Shown here piece after piece: positions 8,396-16,432 of a stretch of DNA of 64,000 nucleotides (positions within the stretch are counted from its first letter, which is position 1; each line of letters opens with the position of its first letter). The position numbers and the translations under genes are program-made. The stretch lies in NCBI GenBank assembly GCA_033856535.1, contig JAWVEV010000098.1, positions 239 through 64,238 on the forward strand, read 5' to 3'. This DNA comes from Miltoncostaeaceae bacterium. GTDB taxonomy: Bacteria; Actinomycetota; Thermoleophilia; Miltoncostaeales; Miltoncostaeaceae. Below the pieces are notes generated by a model. That model was not told where the DNA came from and ran no database searches. It was given only the letters and a program-made list of their open reading frames with translations.

Positions 8396-9265
8396 ATGCG
8401 ACCGTCAGGCGCGATCACGATCCCGGCACGGCCCCGACCGCCCGGGCCCCGCAGCGGCCCTCCCGGGCTCGCCGGGCCGATCGCGGCCCAGCTGGACCGG
8501 GCCCACGCCGCCCTCGGCAGCGCCCCGCTCGCCGAGCTGCTGCTGATCCTGCGCGACCCGGCCCAACGCCTCGCCGAGGGGAGGGCCGCGCCGCTCTCGG
8601 GCGCCGAGCGGCGTGCGCTGGGGCGGCTCCAGCCCGGCGTGCGCGGTCCGCTGCTCTCCGCGCTCCGCCTGCTGCGCCTCGCAGGCGAGGAGGGCGGCAC
8701 GGCCGCGTTCGGCCGCTGGCTCGCGACGTACGTGGAGGAGGTCGCCGCCCGGCCCCGCGGCGCCGCGGTCCCCCACCCGGAGGCGCCCCGCCGGTCGGCG
8801 CGCCCGGCGACGCCGGGGCGATGGATCGAATACCGTTGCAGCGGCGTCGGGAGTGCACCCGTCGCGAGCGATGAGGGCGGAGCCCGGAGGCTCCGGAGAG
8901 CGGGCCCGGTCGGCCCGAGAGAGCCGTGCGCGTCTCCGGCCGCGGGCCGGGGGGCGGAAGGAGCCGTGGGCGTGCCGATGTCCGAGGAGGAGCGCAGCGA
9001 CGAAGCGCGATCCCTCCTGCGCCAGGCGCTGGAGGAGGTCGTCGACGAGCTCGGCGAGCGCCTGCGCCGGGAGAGCCTGCAGCTCGCGCCCGGCGCGATC
9101 TCGGCGGTGAGCGAGGCCCTCACCGCCGCCTACGTGCGCGGCCTGGATCACGGCCTCCGCCAGGCCGCGCGCGACCTGGAGGAACGCCTGGAGGCAATGG
9201 GGGTGCCGGTCCGGGAGCTCCTGAAGGAGCCACCGCAGGGCGAGGAGCCCCCGCCGGCGACCTAG
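8396..9265 (+). CDS. hypothetical protein, possibly two genes in one frame
   Basis: ATG 8396 has GAGGAG 7 nt upstream. Good codon bias at 8396-8800 and 8978-9265, poor bias at 8800-8975. An internal GGAAGGAG lies before ATG 8978. No stop separates the two parts. Confidence 0.45.
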   Translation: MRPSGAITIPARPRPPGPRSGPPGLAGPIAAQLDRAHAALGSAPLAELLLILRDPAQRLAEGRAAPLSGAERRALGRLQPGVRGPLLSALRLLRLAGEEGGTAAFGRWLATYVEEVAARPRGAAVPHPEAPRRSARPATPGRWIEYRCSGVGSAPVASDEGGARRLRRAGPVGPREPCASPAAGRGAEGAVGVPMSEEERSDEARSLLRQALEEVVDELGERLRRESLQLAPGAISAVSEALTAAYVRGLDHGLRQAARDLEERLEAMGVPVRELLKEPPQGEEPPPAT

Positions 9266-9777
9266 GAAGCGCCCGCGCGCGGCCCGTCGTCGTCGAGCAC
9301 GTTGACGACGTCGCCGTACTTCGCCCGGATGTCCGCCTTCACCGACGCGGGCGCGTCGGTCGAGAGCCGCCACTTCCCGTGGTCGAAGATGTTGGCGAAG
9401 GCGTGACCCGGACCGACCGCCGTCCGGGCGTAGGCGTCGGCGGCGTCATATCGCGCGGCGGGCGCCGGGAGCAGGACCGTCGTCACGCCGGGGATGGAGA
9501 CCGGCGACTGGTCGGACGTGAAGCTCATCTCCAACCCGCGGCCGGTGCCATGGACGTTGTACGCGCCGGTCGCACGCGCGCGCGCCTCCCGCGCGCGGGC
9601 GGTGGCCTCTGCCTCCGGGTTGGCCAGCACCGGGCTTGATTGCGAAGCCGATGGCGTCGCCGCGGTCGTCACTGCCCGGTCCGCCGACGACGGAGACTGA
9701 GCGGCGGCCGCGATCATGATGCCCGCACCGAGGATCAGCGCCGCCGCGGTCGCCAGGAGTGGCCTGCGAGTTGTCAA
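9262..9777 (-). CDS. secreted hypothetical protein
   Basis: TTG start at 9777 with GGGAGAT 5 nt upstream. Signal peptide TTRRPLLATAAALILGAGIMIAAAAQ. Good codon bias. Confidence 0.7.
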   Translation of the reverse strand: MTTRRPLLATAAALILGAGIMIAAAAQSPSSADRAVTTAATPSASQSSPVLANPEAEATARAREARARATGAYNVHGTGRGLEMSFTSDQSPVSIPGVTTVLLPAPAARYDAADAYARTAVGPGHAFANIFDHGKWRLSTDAPASVKADIRAKYGDVVNVLDDDGPRAGAS

Positions 9778-9885
9778 AGTGGATCTCCCACGCGTCGGTC
9801 TTCCTCGCGCTTCTCGGGACCGATGGTGACCGGCCCACGGCGACTGGTCGACCTTCGCGGGCTCGAGACGGTCGATGGTTGATTC

Positions 9886-10371
9886 GTGAATCGGGTCGGG
9901 CCAGGGTCAGGCTTTCCGATGAAGGTGTTCAGTCAGACGAAGCCATTCCGGGCGCGAATCCACGATTCGGGGATTCTGTCTTCGCTCATCCTCGGCCTCG
10001 TGGCCGGGAGATCCCTCGGCGGGTCCCTCTGGTCCTCGCTTGCCATCACGGCTGCCGTCACGCTGGGGCTCTGGCTCGCGCTCGAGGTGGGGCTGGGGCG
10101 CTGGTTGGAGCGTCGGCGAGCACGGCGCGGGATCACCTCGGTGGAGCCACCCATCCGACTCGACGAGTGGGCCGTCCCGGGTTGCATGGCCATCGGGGCG
10201 ATCGCCGCGGCGATCGTCGATGGGTCCCTGCTGGACCGGTTCGCCATTTGCCTGGGACTGACGGTCGGCCTCATCGGAGCGATCGAGGTGATCGGCCGCT
10301 CGCTGCGAAGCCGAGCGACCCGTGAGGCGTGGGGCGCCGGAAAGCGGCTAAGCCGCCCGTCGGCGGGATGA
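9886..10371 (+). CDS. hypothetical membrane protein
   Basis: Start is GTG 9886 or ATG 9919. Three to four hydrophobic segments. Codon usage is less GC3-biased than its neighbours. The 3' end overlaps the convergent LLM gene by 24 nt. Confidence 0.5.
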   Translation: MNRVGPGSGFPMKVFSQTKPFRARIHDSGILSSLILGLVAGRSLGGSLWSSLAITAAVTLGLWLALEVGLGRWLERRRARRGITSVEPPIRLDEWAVPGCMAIGAIAAAIVDGSLLDRFAICLGLTVGLIGAIEVIGRSLRSRATREAWGAGKRLSRPSAG

Positions 10372-11910
10372 GCCGTCGATCTGGCCCGGGAAGAAGCCGT
10401 GGCGGGCCAGCGGCTCCACGATCTCGTGCTCCTCGTAGGACAGGTGCGACAGCAGCGCGTCGGTGAGCAGGTCGATCGCCGCCTGGATGCGGCCGAAGTC
10501 CCCCGGGTGGCCGATGTGGTGCACCAGCGCCGCGTCGACCCCCTGGATCGCGTCGTGGATGACGTGGTGCTCGTCCACCAGCCGGTCGATCACGGGCTGC
10601 AGGTCGGGCTCGCTGCGCGCCAGGTGCGGCAGCACCGCCTCGTCCTCGATCCCGTGGTGCTGCGCCACGACGCCGCAGTAGCGCGAGCAGAACGCGCCGA
10701 GCGTCCAGTCGTTCTGGCGAAGCGCCATCTCGTTCAGGACCCCGCGCGCCTCGCCGGCCGTGACCGCCCCGTCGCGCACCTGCTCCAGCACCCCGCGCAG
10801 CTCGGCCAGCTCGCGCCGCAGGGTGTCGTGGACGTCGATCAGGTGCTGCCCCACCAGCCGCCCGCGGCGCGTGTACTCCACCTCGGGCCGGGAGGGCTCC
10901 CGGTGCGGCCGGGCCGACTCGTCCCACGGCGCCTCCGCGCTCAGCCGCGCGCCGTCGTCCGCGGTCGGGCTCACGCCCAGGCGCTCGTACTCGGTGCCGC
11001 CCTCGGCCGGTGCCTCGAGCTCCGGCTCCGCCACGGCGGCCCGCGATCCGCCCCCTCCCCCGCCGCCCGCCCGGCCGGTCGCCACCAGCTCGCGCACGGC
11101 CGGGGCGACCTCGCCGGCGAAGCGGCGGATCGCGGCCTCGTCGTCGGCCCAGAGGATGTACGTCCCGACCCCGTCCTCCAGCGACATCCGCGCCAGGTCC
11201 TCGATGCTCACGTCGGGGCCCACGTTCAGAAGGCGCCGAATGGCGCTGGGCTGACGGCCGGCCCCGACCGCGGCCTTGTCGATCCTCGCGTTGCCCGCGG
11301 CCAGGCCGCCCGGCTCCAGGTAGGAGAGGCTCGGCAGCCAGCCGTCGGCCTTCCTGCCCACCAGGTCCAGCATCCGCGGCTTCAGCGCGCCCAGCCAGAT
11401 CGCCACGTCGTGGACCAGGAGCGGACCGGGCTTCGCGCCCTCAAGGCGGTAGTGCTCGCCGTCGAAGCGGGCGCCGCGCCCGCCGGCGTCCCAGAGCGCC
11501 CGGATCACGTCGATCCCCTCCTCGAGGGCGTCCACCGCCTGCCCGGGGGTGCGGCGGGGGCCGCCCAGGGCCGCGATCGCGTCCCAGAAGGCGCCGGCGC
11601 CCAGACCCAGCTCGGCGCGCCCGCCGCTGAGGACGTCCAGGCTCGCGACCGCCCGCGCGAGCATCGCCGGCGTGCGCAGCGGCAGGTTGAGCACGTTCCC
11701 GCTCAGCCGCACCCGCTCGGTGCGCGCCGCGACGAAGGACAGCAGCGTCCAGGTGTCCAGGAATCGCGGCTGGTAGGGATGGTCCTGGAAGGTGACGAGG
11801 TCGAGCCCCGCCTCCTCGGCCAGAACGGAGAGGGCGACGACGCGGTCCGCGCCGTCCGCCGCCGGCGTCAGGAAGACGCCGAACTCGAGGTCGTGCCGAT
11901 AGTCGGGCAT
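10348..11910 (-). CDS. LLM-class flavin/F420-dependent oxidoreductase fused to a C-terminal hemerythrin-like (HHE) domain
   Basis: N-terminal luciferase-like monooxygenase pattern (FGVFLTP...RVRLSGNVLNLPLRTPAMLA...ELGLGAGAFWD). G7 linker. C-terminal His/Glu motifs HLIDVHDTLRRE, HHGIEDEAVLPHL, DEHHVIHD, HLSYEEHEIVEPL. Confidence 0.85.
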   Translation of the reverse strand: MPDYRHDLEFGVFLTPAADGADRVVALSVLAEEAGLDLVTFQDHPYQPRFLDTWTLLSFVAARTERVRLSGNVLNLPLRTPAMLARAVASLDVLSGGRAELGLGAGAFWDAIAALGGPRRTPGQAVDALEEGIDVIRALWDAGGRGARFDGEHYRLEGAKPGPLLVHDVAIWLGALKPRMLDLVGRKADGWLPSLSYLEPGGLAAGNARIDKAAVGAGRQPSAIRRLLNVGPDVSIEDLARMSLEDGVGTYILWADDEAAIRRFAGEVAPAVRELVATGRAGGGGGGGSRAAVAEPELEAPAEGGTEYERLGVSPTADDGARLSAEAPWDESARPHREPSRPEVEYTRRGRLVGQHLIDVHDTLRRELAELRGVLEQVRDGAVTAGEARGVLNEMALRQNDWTLGAFCSRYCGVVAQHHGIEDEAVLPHLARSEPDLQPVIDRLVDEHHVIHDAIQGVDAALVHHIGHPGDFGRIQAAIDLLTDALLSHLSYEEHEIVEPLARHGFFPGQIDGSSRRRAA

Positions 11911-11938
11911 GCCCCGATCCTACCAGACACTTGACGGC

Positions 11939-12364
11939 TCAAGTAATGGCGGGCTCGGCCGGCCGGATGAGCGCGACGGTCAGCCCGGCGCGCTCGACCA
12001 GCGCCTCCTGCTGGCGCTCCAAGCCGGTGTGCACCACCCCGCAGACGCGCTGAAGCACGAGGATGTCGAAGCGCTCCTCCTCGAGGAGGCGATCCACCCC
12101 GTCGGCGAACGACCGCGCCCGCACCAGCCGGGTGTCGAACGCGCGCACCGGCAGCCGCCGGCGCTCTCCCGCCTCGAGCACCGTGCCGGCATCGTCGACG
12201 GCGCGGTCCAGCGCCGCGTCGATCGGCTGGTCGAGCGGCACCACCAGCACCGCCGCGAGCACCACCTCGCCGTCGGCGCCGGCCAGCCCGGCCGCGTCGT
12301 CGAGGACCGCCGTGGCACACCGGCGATGGTCGGTCGCCACCAGCACCCGCCTCCCGTCGCTCAT
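11939..12364 (-). CDS. universal stress protein-like (adenine-nucleotide alpha-hydrolase fold) protein
   Basis: ATG preceded by GGGAGGGGAG. RVLVATDH...VVLAAVLVVP and DILVL segments. The classical ATP-binding G-x2-G-x9-G(S/T) motif is not evident. Confidence 0.6.
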   Translation of the reverse strand: MSDGRRVLVATDHRRCATAVLDDAAGLAGADGEVVLAAVLVVPLDQPIDAALDRAVDDAGTVLEAGERRRLPVRAFDTRLVRARSFADGVDRLLEEERFDILVLQRVCGVVHTGLERQQEALVERAGLTVALIRPAEPAIT

Positions 12365-12745
12365 CTCGGTCGCTCCCCTCCCCCCTGTCGCGCCGCTCTG
12401 CGAGCGGCATCAGGTCGACCCCGTCCCACCGCTCCAGCACGACGTCCGGCGCCTGCGGCGGAAACTCCCCGATCCCGAGCCGCTCCGTAAATGGCATCGG
12501 CCGCGTGATCCCGCACTCGCGAAGAAGCGTGGAGCCGCCGCCCTGCCCCGCCAGCGGGTGGCGGCGGCCGGTACGAGCCGCCTGCACGCTGGCACGTACA
12601 CCTTCAGCTTCCCGCGGGGTGTCAGGCGCCGAGAGGTTGTGGACCACCAGGTCGAAAGAGCTTGAGCCGGGGGCGGCATCGACCACGCCGCCGAGACCAT
12701 ATCGGCGTGCCGCGCCGGGTGCGCTTGTGCGCGCCGTCCGCTGTG

Positions 12746-12759
12746 CGAACATGTGTTCG
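12746..12759. promoter_or_regulatory. LexA (SOS) box, Gram-positive/actinobacterial type
   Basis: CGAACATGTGTTCG is a GAAC-N4-GTTC palindrome that overlaps the first in-frame ATGs of imuB (12751, 12760). The identical 14-mer recurs at 20428. Confidence 0.8.
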
Positions 12760-13944
12760 ATGGTCGTCGCCGTCCACGTCCCCCGCCTCCCGCTGCTCGT
12801 CGCCCTGCTCGCCGCCGGCCGGCCGATGGACCGCCCGGTGGCGCTCGGCCCGCCCCCCGGCGCGCCCCAGGTGGTGGGGCTCTGCACGCCGGCCGCCGAG
12901 GCCGAGGGCGTGGAGCCCGGTCTGCGGGTGGGCGAGGCGCTGGCCCGCTGCCCGAGCCTCGACCTGGTGACGCCCGATCCCGCGGCGGCGGCCGACGCGG
13001 CCGAGCGGGTGATCCTGCGCCTGGAGGCGATCGGCGCGCGGGTTGAGCCCGGCGAGCTCGGCGACGCCTGCTTCGAGGCCGACGGCCTGCGCCGGCTGCA
13101 CGGGGGCCTTGAGGGCGTGCTGCGCAGGTCCCGCGCGGCGCTGCCGGTGGGCGCCGGCGGGCGCGTGGGCGCCGCGCCGTCGCGGTTCGCCGCGCTCCAG
13201 GCCGCCCGCGAGGCCGTCGCCGGCCGACCCCTGGTGATCGGCCCGGACGAGGTGGCGGGCTTCCTCGCGCCGCTGCCGGCCGCCCGGCTGCCGCTCGCCC
13301 CGGACCTGGTGCGGGCGCTCGCCGACCTCGGCCTGCGCACCGTGGGCCAGGTGGCGGCGCTGCCGCGGGCGGCGGCGCTCGAGCGCCTGGGCTCGGCGGG
13401 GCTGCACGCCTGGCTGCTGGCCCGCGGCGAGCCCGACCGGCCGCTGCGCCCGCGCACCCCGCCCCAGCCGCTCGAGGCCAGCATGACCTTCCCCGACGCG
13501 GTGGGCGCCCTGCCGGCGCTCGAGGCCGCCGGCCGCCTGCTCCTGGCCGAGCTCGCCGGGCGGGCCCGCGCCCGGGGGCGGGCGCTGCGCGGGCTGTCCC
13601 TGCGCGCCCGGCTGGCCGACGGCGGCTCCTGGACGCGCGAGGTGGCGCTCCGCGAGGCCACCGGCGACCCCGAGCGGCTGGCGATCGCCGCCCTCCCCCG
13701 GCTGGCCGACGTGACCGGCCCGGTGGCGACCCTGACCGTCGCCGGCGACGCCGGCGCGCCGCTCGGCGGCCGTCAGCTCACCGCGATCCCGAGCGGTGCC
13801 GAGGAGCGCCGGCGACGGGCCGGCGAGGCGGTGCGGCAGGTGCGGGCCGCGGCGGGCGCCGAGGCGCTGCTGCGGGCCGTCGAGCTCGAGCCCTGGTCCC
13901 GGCTGCCGGAGCGCCGATGGGCGCTGGTTCCCTACGACGCGTAG
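12751..13944 (+). CDS. imuB: ImuB-like Y-family DNA polymerase (catalytically inactive-type)
   Basis: Y-family fold pattern. The N-terminus VAVHVPRLPLLVA lacks the DxD catalytic carboxylates, as in ImuB. SOS box sits on the start and dnaE2 is nearby. Start is ATG 12751 or 12760. Confidence 0.8.
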   Translation: MCSMVVAVHVPRLPLLVALLAAGRPMDRPVALGPPPGAPQVVGLCTPAAEAEGVEPGLRVGEALARCPSLDLVTPDPAAAADAAERVILRLEAIGARVEPGELGDACFEADGLRRLHGGLEGVLRRSRAALPVGAGGRVGAAPSRFAALQAAREAVAGRPLVIGPDEVAGFLAPLPAARLPLAPDLVRALADLGLRTVGQVAALPRAAALERLGSAGLHAWLLARGEPDRPLRPRTPPQPLEASMTFPDAVGALPALEAAGRLLLAELAGRARARGRALRGLSLRARLADGGSWTREVALREATGDPERLAIAALPRLADVTGPVATLTVAGDAGAPLGGRQLTAIPSGAEERRRRAGEAVRQVRAAAGAEALLRAVELEPWSRLPERRWALVPYDA

Positions 13945-14177
13945 GCGAGGCCCGGCCGGCCGACGTGGTGGTCGCGCCGGACGGGACCCCGCACGCGCTG
14001 ATGGTGGACGGCCGCCGGCGCGGCGTGGTCGCCGTGCGTGAGGACTGGCTGGTGCAGGACCGCTGGTGGACCGACCAGCCGGTGGACCGCCACTACTTCG
14101 AGCTGGTCGTGGAGCCCGGGCGCGTGGCGCTCGTCTACCGCGACCTGAGAGAGAACCGGTGGCTCAGCCATGGCTGA
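13917..14177 (+). CDS. small conserved-looking protein downstream of imuB (DUF6504-like by memory)
   Basis: About 70-86 aa. WLVQDRWWTDQPVDRHYFELVVEPGRVALVYRDLRENRWL. Start is ATG 13917 (28-nt overlap with imuB) or GTG 13965/13968. Confidence 0.6.
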   Translation: MGAGSLRRVGEARPADVVVAPDGTPHALMVDGRRRGVVAVREDWLVQDRWWTDQPVDRHYFELVVEPGRVALVYRDLRENRWLSHG

Positions 14178-14186
14178 GCCACCGGT
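14155..14186. terminator. perfect 32-bp palindrome between convergent genes (candidate bidirectional terminator)
   Basis: ACCGGTGGCTCAGCCATGGCTGAGCCACCGGT is its own reverse complement. It contains the TGA of gene 13917-14177 and ends 10 nt before the tatA stop. Confidence 0.5.
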
Positions 14187-14196
14187 GCAGCCTTCG

Positions 14197-14508
14197 TCAG
14201 GCGGTCGGGCGCCCGGCGGTGACGGCCTCGCGCTCTGGCCGCTCACCGGCGGCCTCCGCCTGCTCGTCGACGACCTGGGCGGCCGCGATCTCGGGCGTGG
14301 GCGCCGGCGGCTCCTGCCGCTTGGCGACCTCCTCAGCGACGTCGGGCTCGAGGTCGCGGTCGTCACGGGAGTCCCCGCTGACCGAGTTCTTGAACTCGCG
14401 CATGCTGCGTCCCAAGTTGCGCCCCATCTCCGGCAGCCGCTTCGGGCCGAAGACGAGCAGCGCGATCACCAGGACGATGATGATCTGGACGGGCGAGAAG
14501 TCGAACAT
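14197..14508 (-). CDS. tatA: twin-arginine translocase subunit TatA/E
   Basis: MFDFSPVQIIIVLVIALLVFGPKRLPEMGRNLGRSMREFK is the canonical TatA N-terminus. GAGGAGG SD upstream. Confidence 0.88.
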   Translation of the reverse strand: MFDFSPVQIIIVLVIALLVFGPKRLPEMGRNLGRSMREFKNSVSGDSRDDRDLEPDVAEEVAKRQEPPAPTPEIAAAQVVDEQAEAAGERPEREAVTAGRPTA

Positions 14509-14679
14509 CTCCGCGCCTACCTCCTCTTCCGCCGTGCGGCGGAGCGGTCGGGGATCTCGGGGCTCCGGGATCCGGTCACAGGGTAGCGGGCCGAGCCTCG
14601 GGCTCCGAGGGAGCGTCGGTGCCCTGTCGCCCCTTCCTTACGACCCCGACCCTCCCTCGGATCACCGCGGTCCCCCGGC

Positions 14680-15375
14680 TCACCGGACCACGAACCCCGT
14701 CGAGTCGATCACGGCGCGCGCCTGCTGCATCGTGGCCCGCTGCTGGAAGGCCTCCTCGGAGGGCAGCCGCCCGATGATCAGGCTCCGCGCGAACGCGCTG
14801 TGGCGCGCCTCGACGGCGAGGATCGACGAGGCGGCCAGGATGAAGGCGGTGCGCTTCAGCCGGTGGATCTGCCCGGTGTAGGCCGCGACGCCGGTGTCCT
14901 CCAGGCGCACCGCGGTGTTCCGGAAGACCACCGGGTCGGTCACCGCGGAGCCGAAGTTGAAGGCCGGCTTCTTCACCGCCCGGGTGCCGAGCGCGTTGGT
15001 GAGGAAGTCGACGTGCTCGGCCTCGTGCTGGCCGGCGATGCTGGCGAACTGGCCGGTCCGCATGCCGAAGTTGCTCGCCTGGGCCTGCGCGTAGAACTCG
15101 GCCTCGAGGTACTCGAGCGACAGGGCGAAGTTCAGGATCGTGATGTCCTGGCGGTTCGAGCGCGTGTCCGCCGCGGCGCCGAGCGACGGCAGGCCCAGCA
15201 GGACCCCGCCGCCCATGACCGCGCCGCCGCCGAGGGCCAGCTTGCGCAGCATGCCCGCGCGGGTGTCCCCGGCCTCGGCCGCCTCCTCCAGGGCGCCGTC
15301 GGCCGCCACCCGGTGGGCCGCCTCGCGGAGGGCCCCGTCGCGATCGACCCGCGCCAGCTCGAGCTGCTCGGACAT
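14680..15375 (-). CDS. ferritin-like domain protein (Ferritin_2-type), probably exported
   Basis: ATG 15375 with an AAGGA SD. ILNFALSLEYLEAEFY, HEAEHVDFL, LEDTGVAAY and AVEARHSA di-iron-like helices. N-terminal RK-containing hydrophobic signal (MLRKLALGGGAVMGGGVLLGLPSLGAAA). Confidence 0.8.
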   Translation of the reverse strand: MSEQLELARVDRDGALREAAHRVAADGALEEAAEAGDTRAGMLRKLALGGGAVMGGGVLLGLPSLGAAADTRSNRQDITILNFALSLEYLEAEFYAQAQASNFGMRTGQFASIAGQHEAEHVDFLTNALGTRAVKKPAFNFGSAVTDPVVFRNTAVRLEDTGVAAYTGQIHRLKRTAFILAASSILAVEARHSAFARSLIIGRLPSEEAFQQRATMQQARAVIDSTGFVVR

Positions 15376-15455
15376 CCCGTGCCGTCCTTTCGGCGTGTGT
15401 CCCTGCTGCGCGCAGACTGGCACGCCGCCGGCCGCGTGACGACGGGAGCGGTCGG

Positions 15456-16325
15456 CTAGTCCCGCTGGCCGGCCTTGGCGAGCTGCTGCAGCGCCTCGTC
15501 CCCGCCGCCCTCGGTCCGGACGATGACCTCGCGGTGCGGGTACGGGATGCCGATCCCCGCCTCCTCCAGCGCGATCTTCATGCGCCGGCGGAACTCGCGC
15601 CCGACCTCCCACTGCTTGCCCGGCTGGGTCTGCAGGTACATCCGCAGGTGGACGCTCGAGTCGGCGTAGGCCTCGACGCCGAGGACCGTCGCCGGCGCGG
15701 TGATCGAGGTCCGGAAGCGGGTCTCCGCGCGCATGCGCTCGGCCACCTCGCCCGCGATGCGCGCGACGTCGTCCGGGTCCTCCTCGTAGGGCACCGGCAG
15801 GTCGATCAGGTAGCGCGAGAACTCCTTGGTGTGGTTGGTCGTGACGCGGATCTCGCCGTTCGGCACCACGTGGCGCGAGCCGTCCAGGCTGCGGACGATG
15901 GTGGTGCGCAGACCGAGCGTCTCGACCACGCCGGTGACGCCGGCCACCTCGATGGTGTCGCCGACGTCGAACTGGCGCTCCATGACCATGAAGAAGCCTG
16001 AGAAGAAGTCCTTGACCAGGCTCTGGGCGCCGAAGCCGATGGCGATGCCGCCGATCCCGGCCGCGGCGATCAGCGGGCCGATCGCGACGCCGGCGGTGCC
16101 GAGAGCCATGATGATCGCGATCGCCCAGATCACGATCACCGCGACCGCGCGGAGCACGCCGCTGAGCGTGCGGGCGCGCTGCAGGCTCTGGTCGGGACGC
16201 TGGGCGTCGGCCATGGAGATCCGCCGCTCGAAGCGCCCGATCGCCCAGCGGGCCAGCCAGGCGATGAGGCCGCCGCCGATGAGGATGGCGGCGATGCGGA
16301 TCAGTTGGTCGGCGGACTCGGGCAC
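15456..16325 (-). CDS. mechanosensitive ion channel family protein (MscS-like)
   Basis: 289 aa. TM helices followed by GFGAQSLVKDFFSGFFMVMERQFDVGD and VPNGEI motifs. Confidence 0.88.
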   Translation of the reverse strand: MPESADQLIRIAAILIGGGLIAWLARWAIGRFERRISMADAQRPDQSLQRARTLSGVLRAVAVIVIWAIAIIMALGTAGVAIGPLIAAAGIGGIAIGFGAQSLVKDFFSGFFMVMERQFDVGDTIEVAGVTGVVETLGLRTTIVRSLDGSRHVVPNGEIRVTTNHTKEFSRYLIDLPVPYEEDPDDVARIAGEVAERMRAETRFRTSITAPATVLGVEAYADSSVHLRMYLQTQPGKQWEVGREFRRRMKIALEEAGIGIPYPHREVIVRTEGGGDEALQQLAKAGQRD

Positions 16326-16432
16326 GCGGGCACCTCCGTGGGTCGACCTCGGTCGGGGCGAAGCACGCCGGCGGGCCGGCCGGCGAAGCGCGGGACCTTA
16401 GCCGACTACCCCGGCACGACCCAACGGAGGCG

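Noticed and set aside
8074-8874. A 266-aa plus-strand ORF overlapping the 7992-8276 and 8396-9265 genes.
   Set aside because: The translation is Arg/Pro/Ala-rich nonsense (…RRRGGRHGRVRPLARDVRGGGRR…). The alternative frame (8396-9265) carries the SD, the ATG and protein-like sequence.
12365-12752. Possible divergent SOS-controlled gene or imuA' relic. A minus-strand ATG inside the LexA palindrome (12752) opens a frame reading MFAQRTAR...FDLVVHNLSAP...GITRPMPFTERLGIGEFPPQAPDVVLERWDGVDLMPLAER.
   Set aside because: The frame has no stop before it runs out of frame through the whole usp gene, down to 11868. Its codon bias is only moderate, and I recognise no RecA-like motif. It is most likely non-coding or a decayed remnant, and I cannot support it as a feature.
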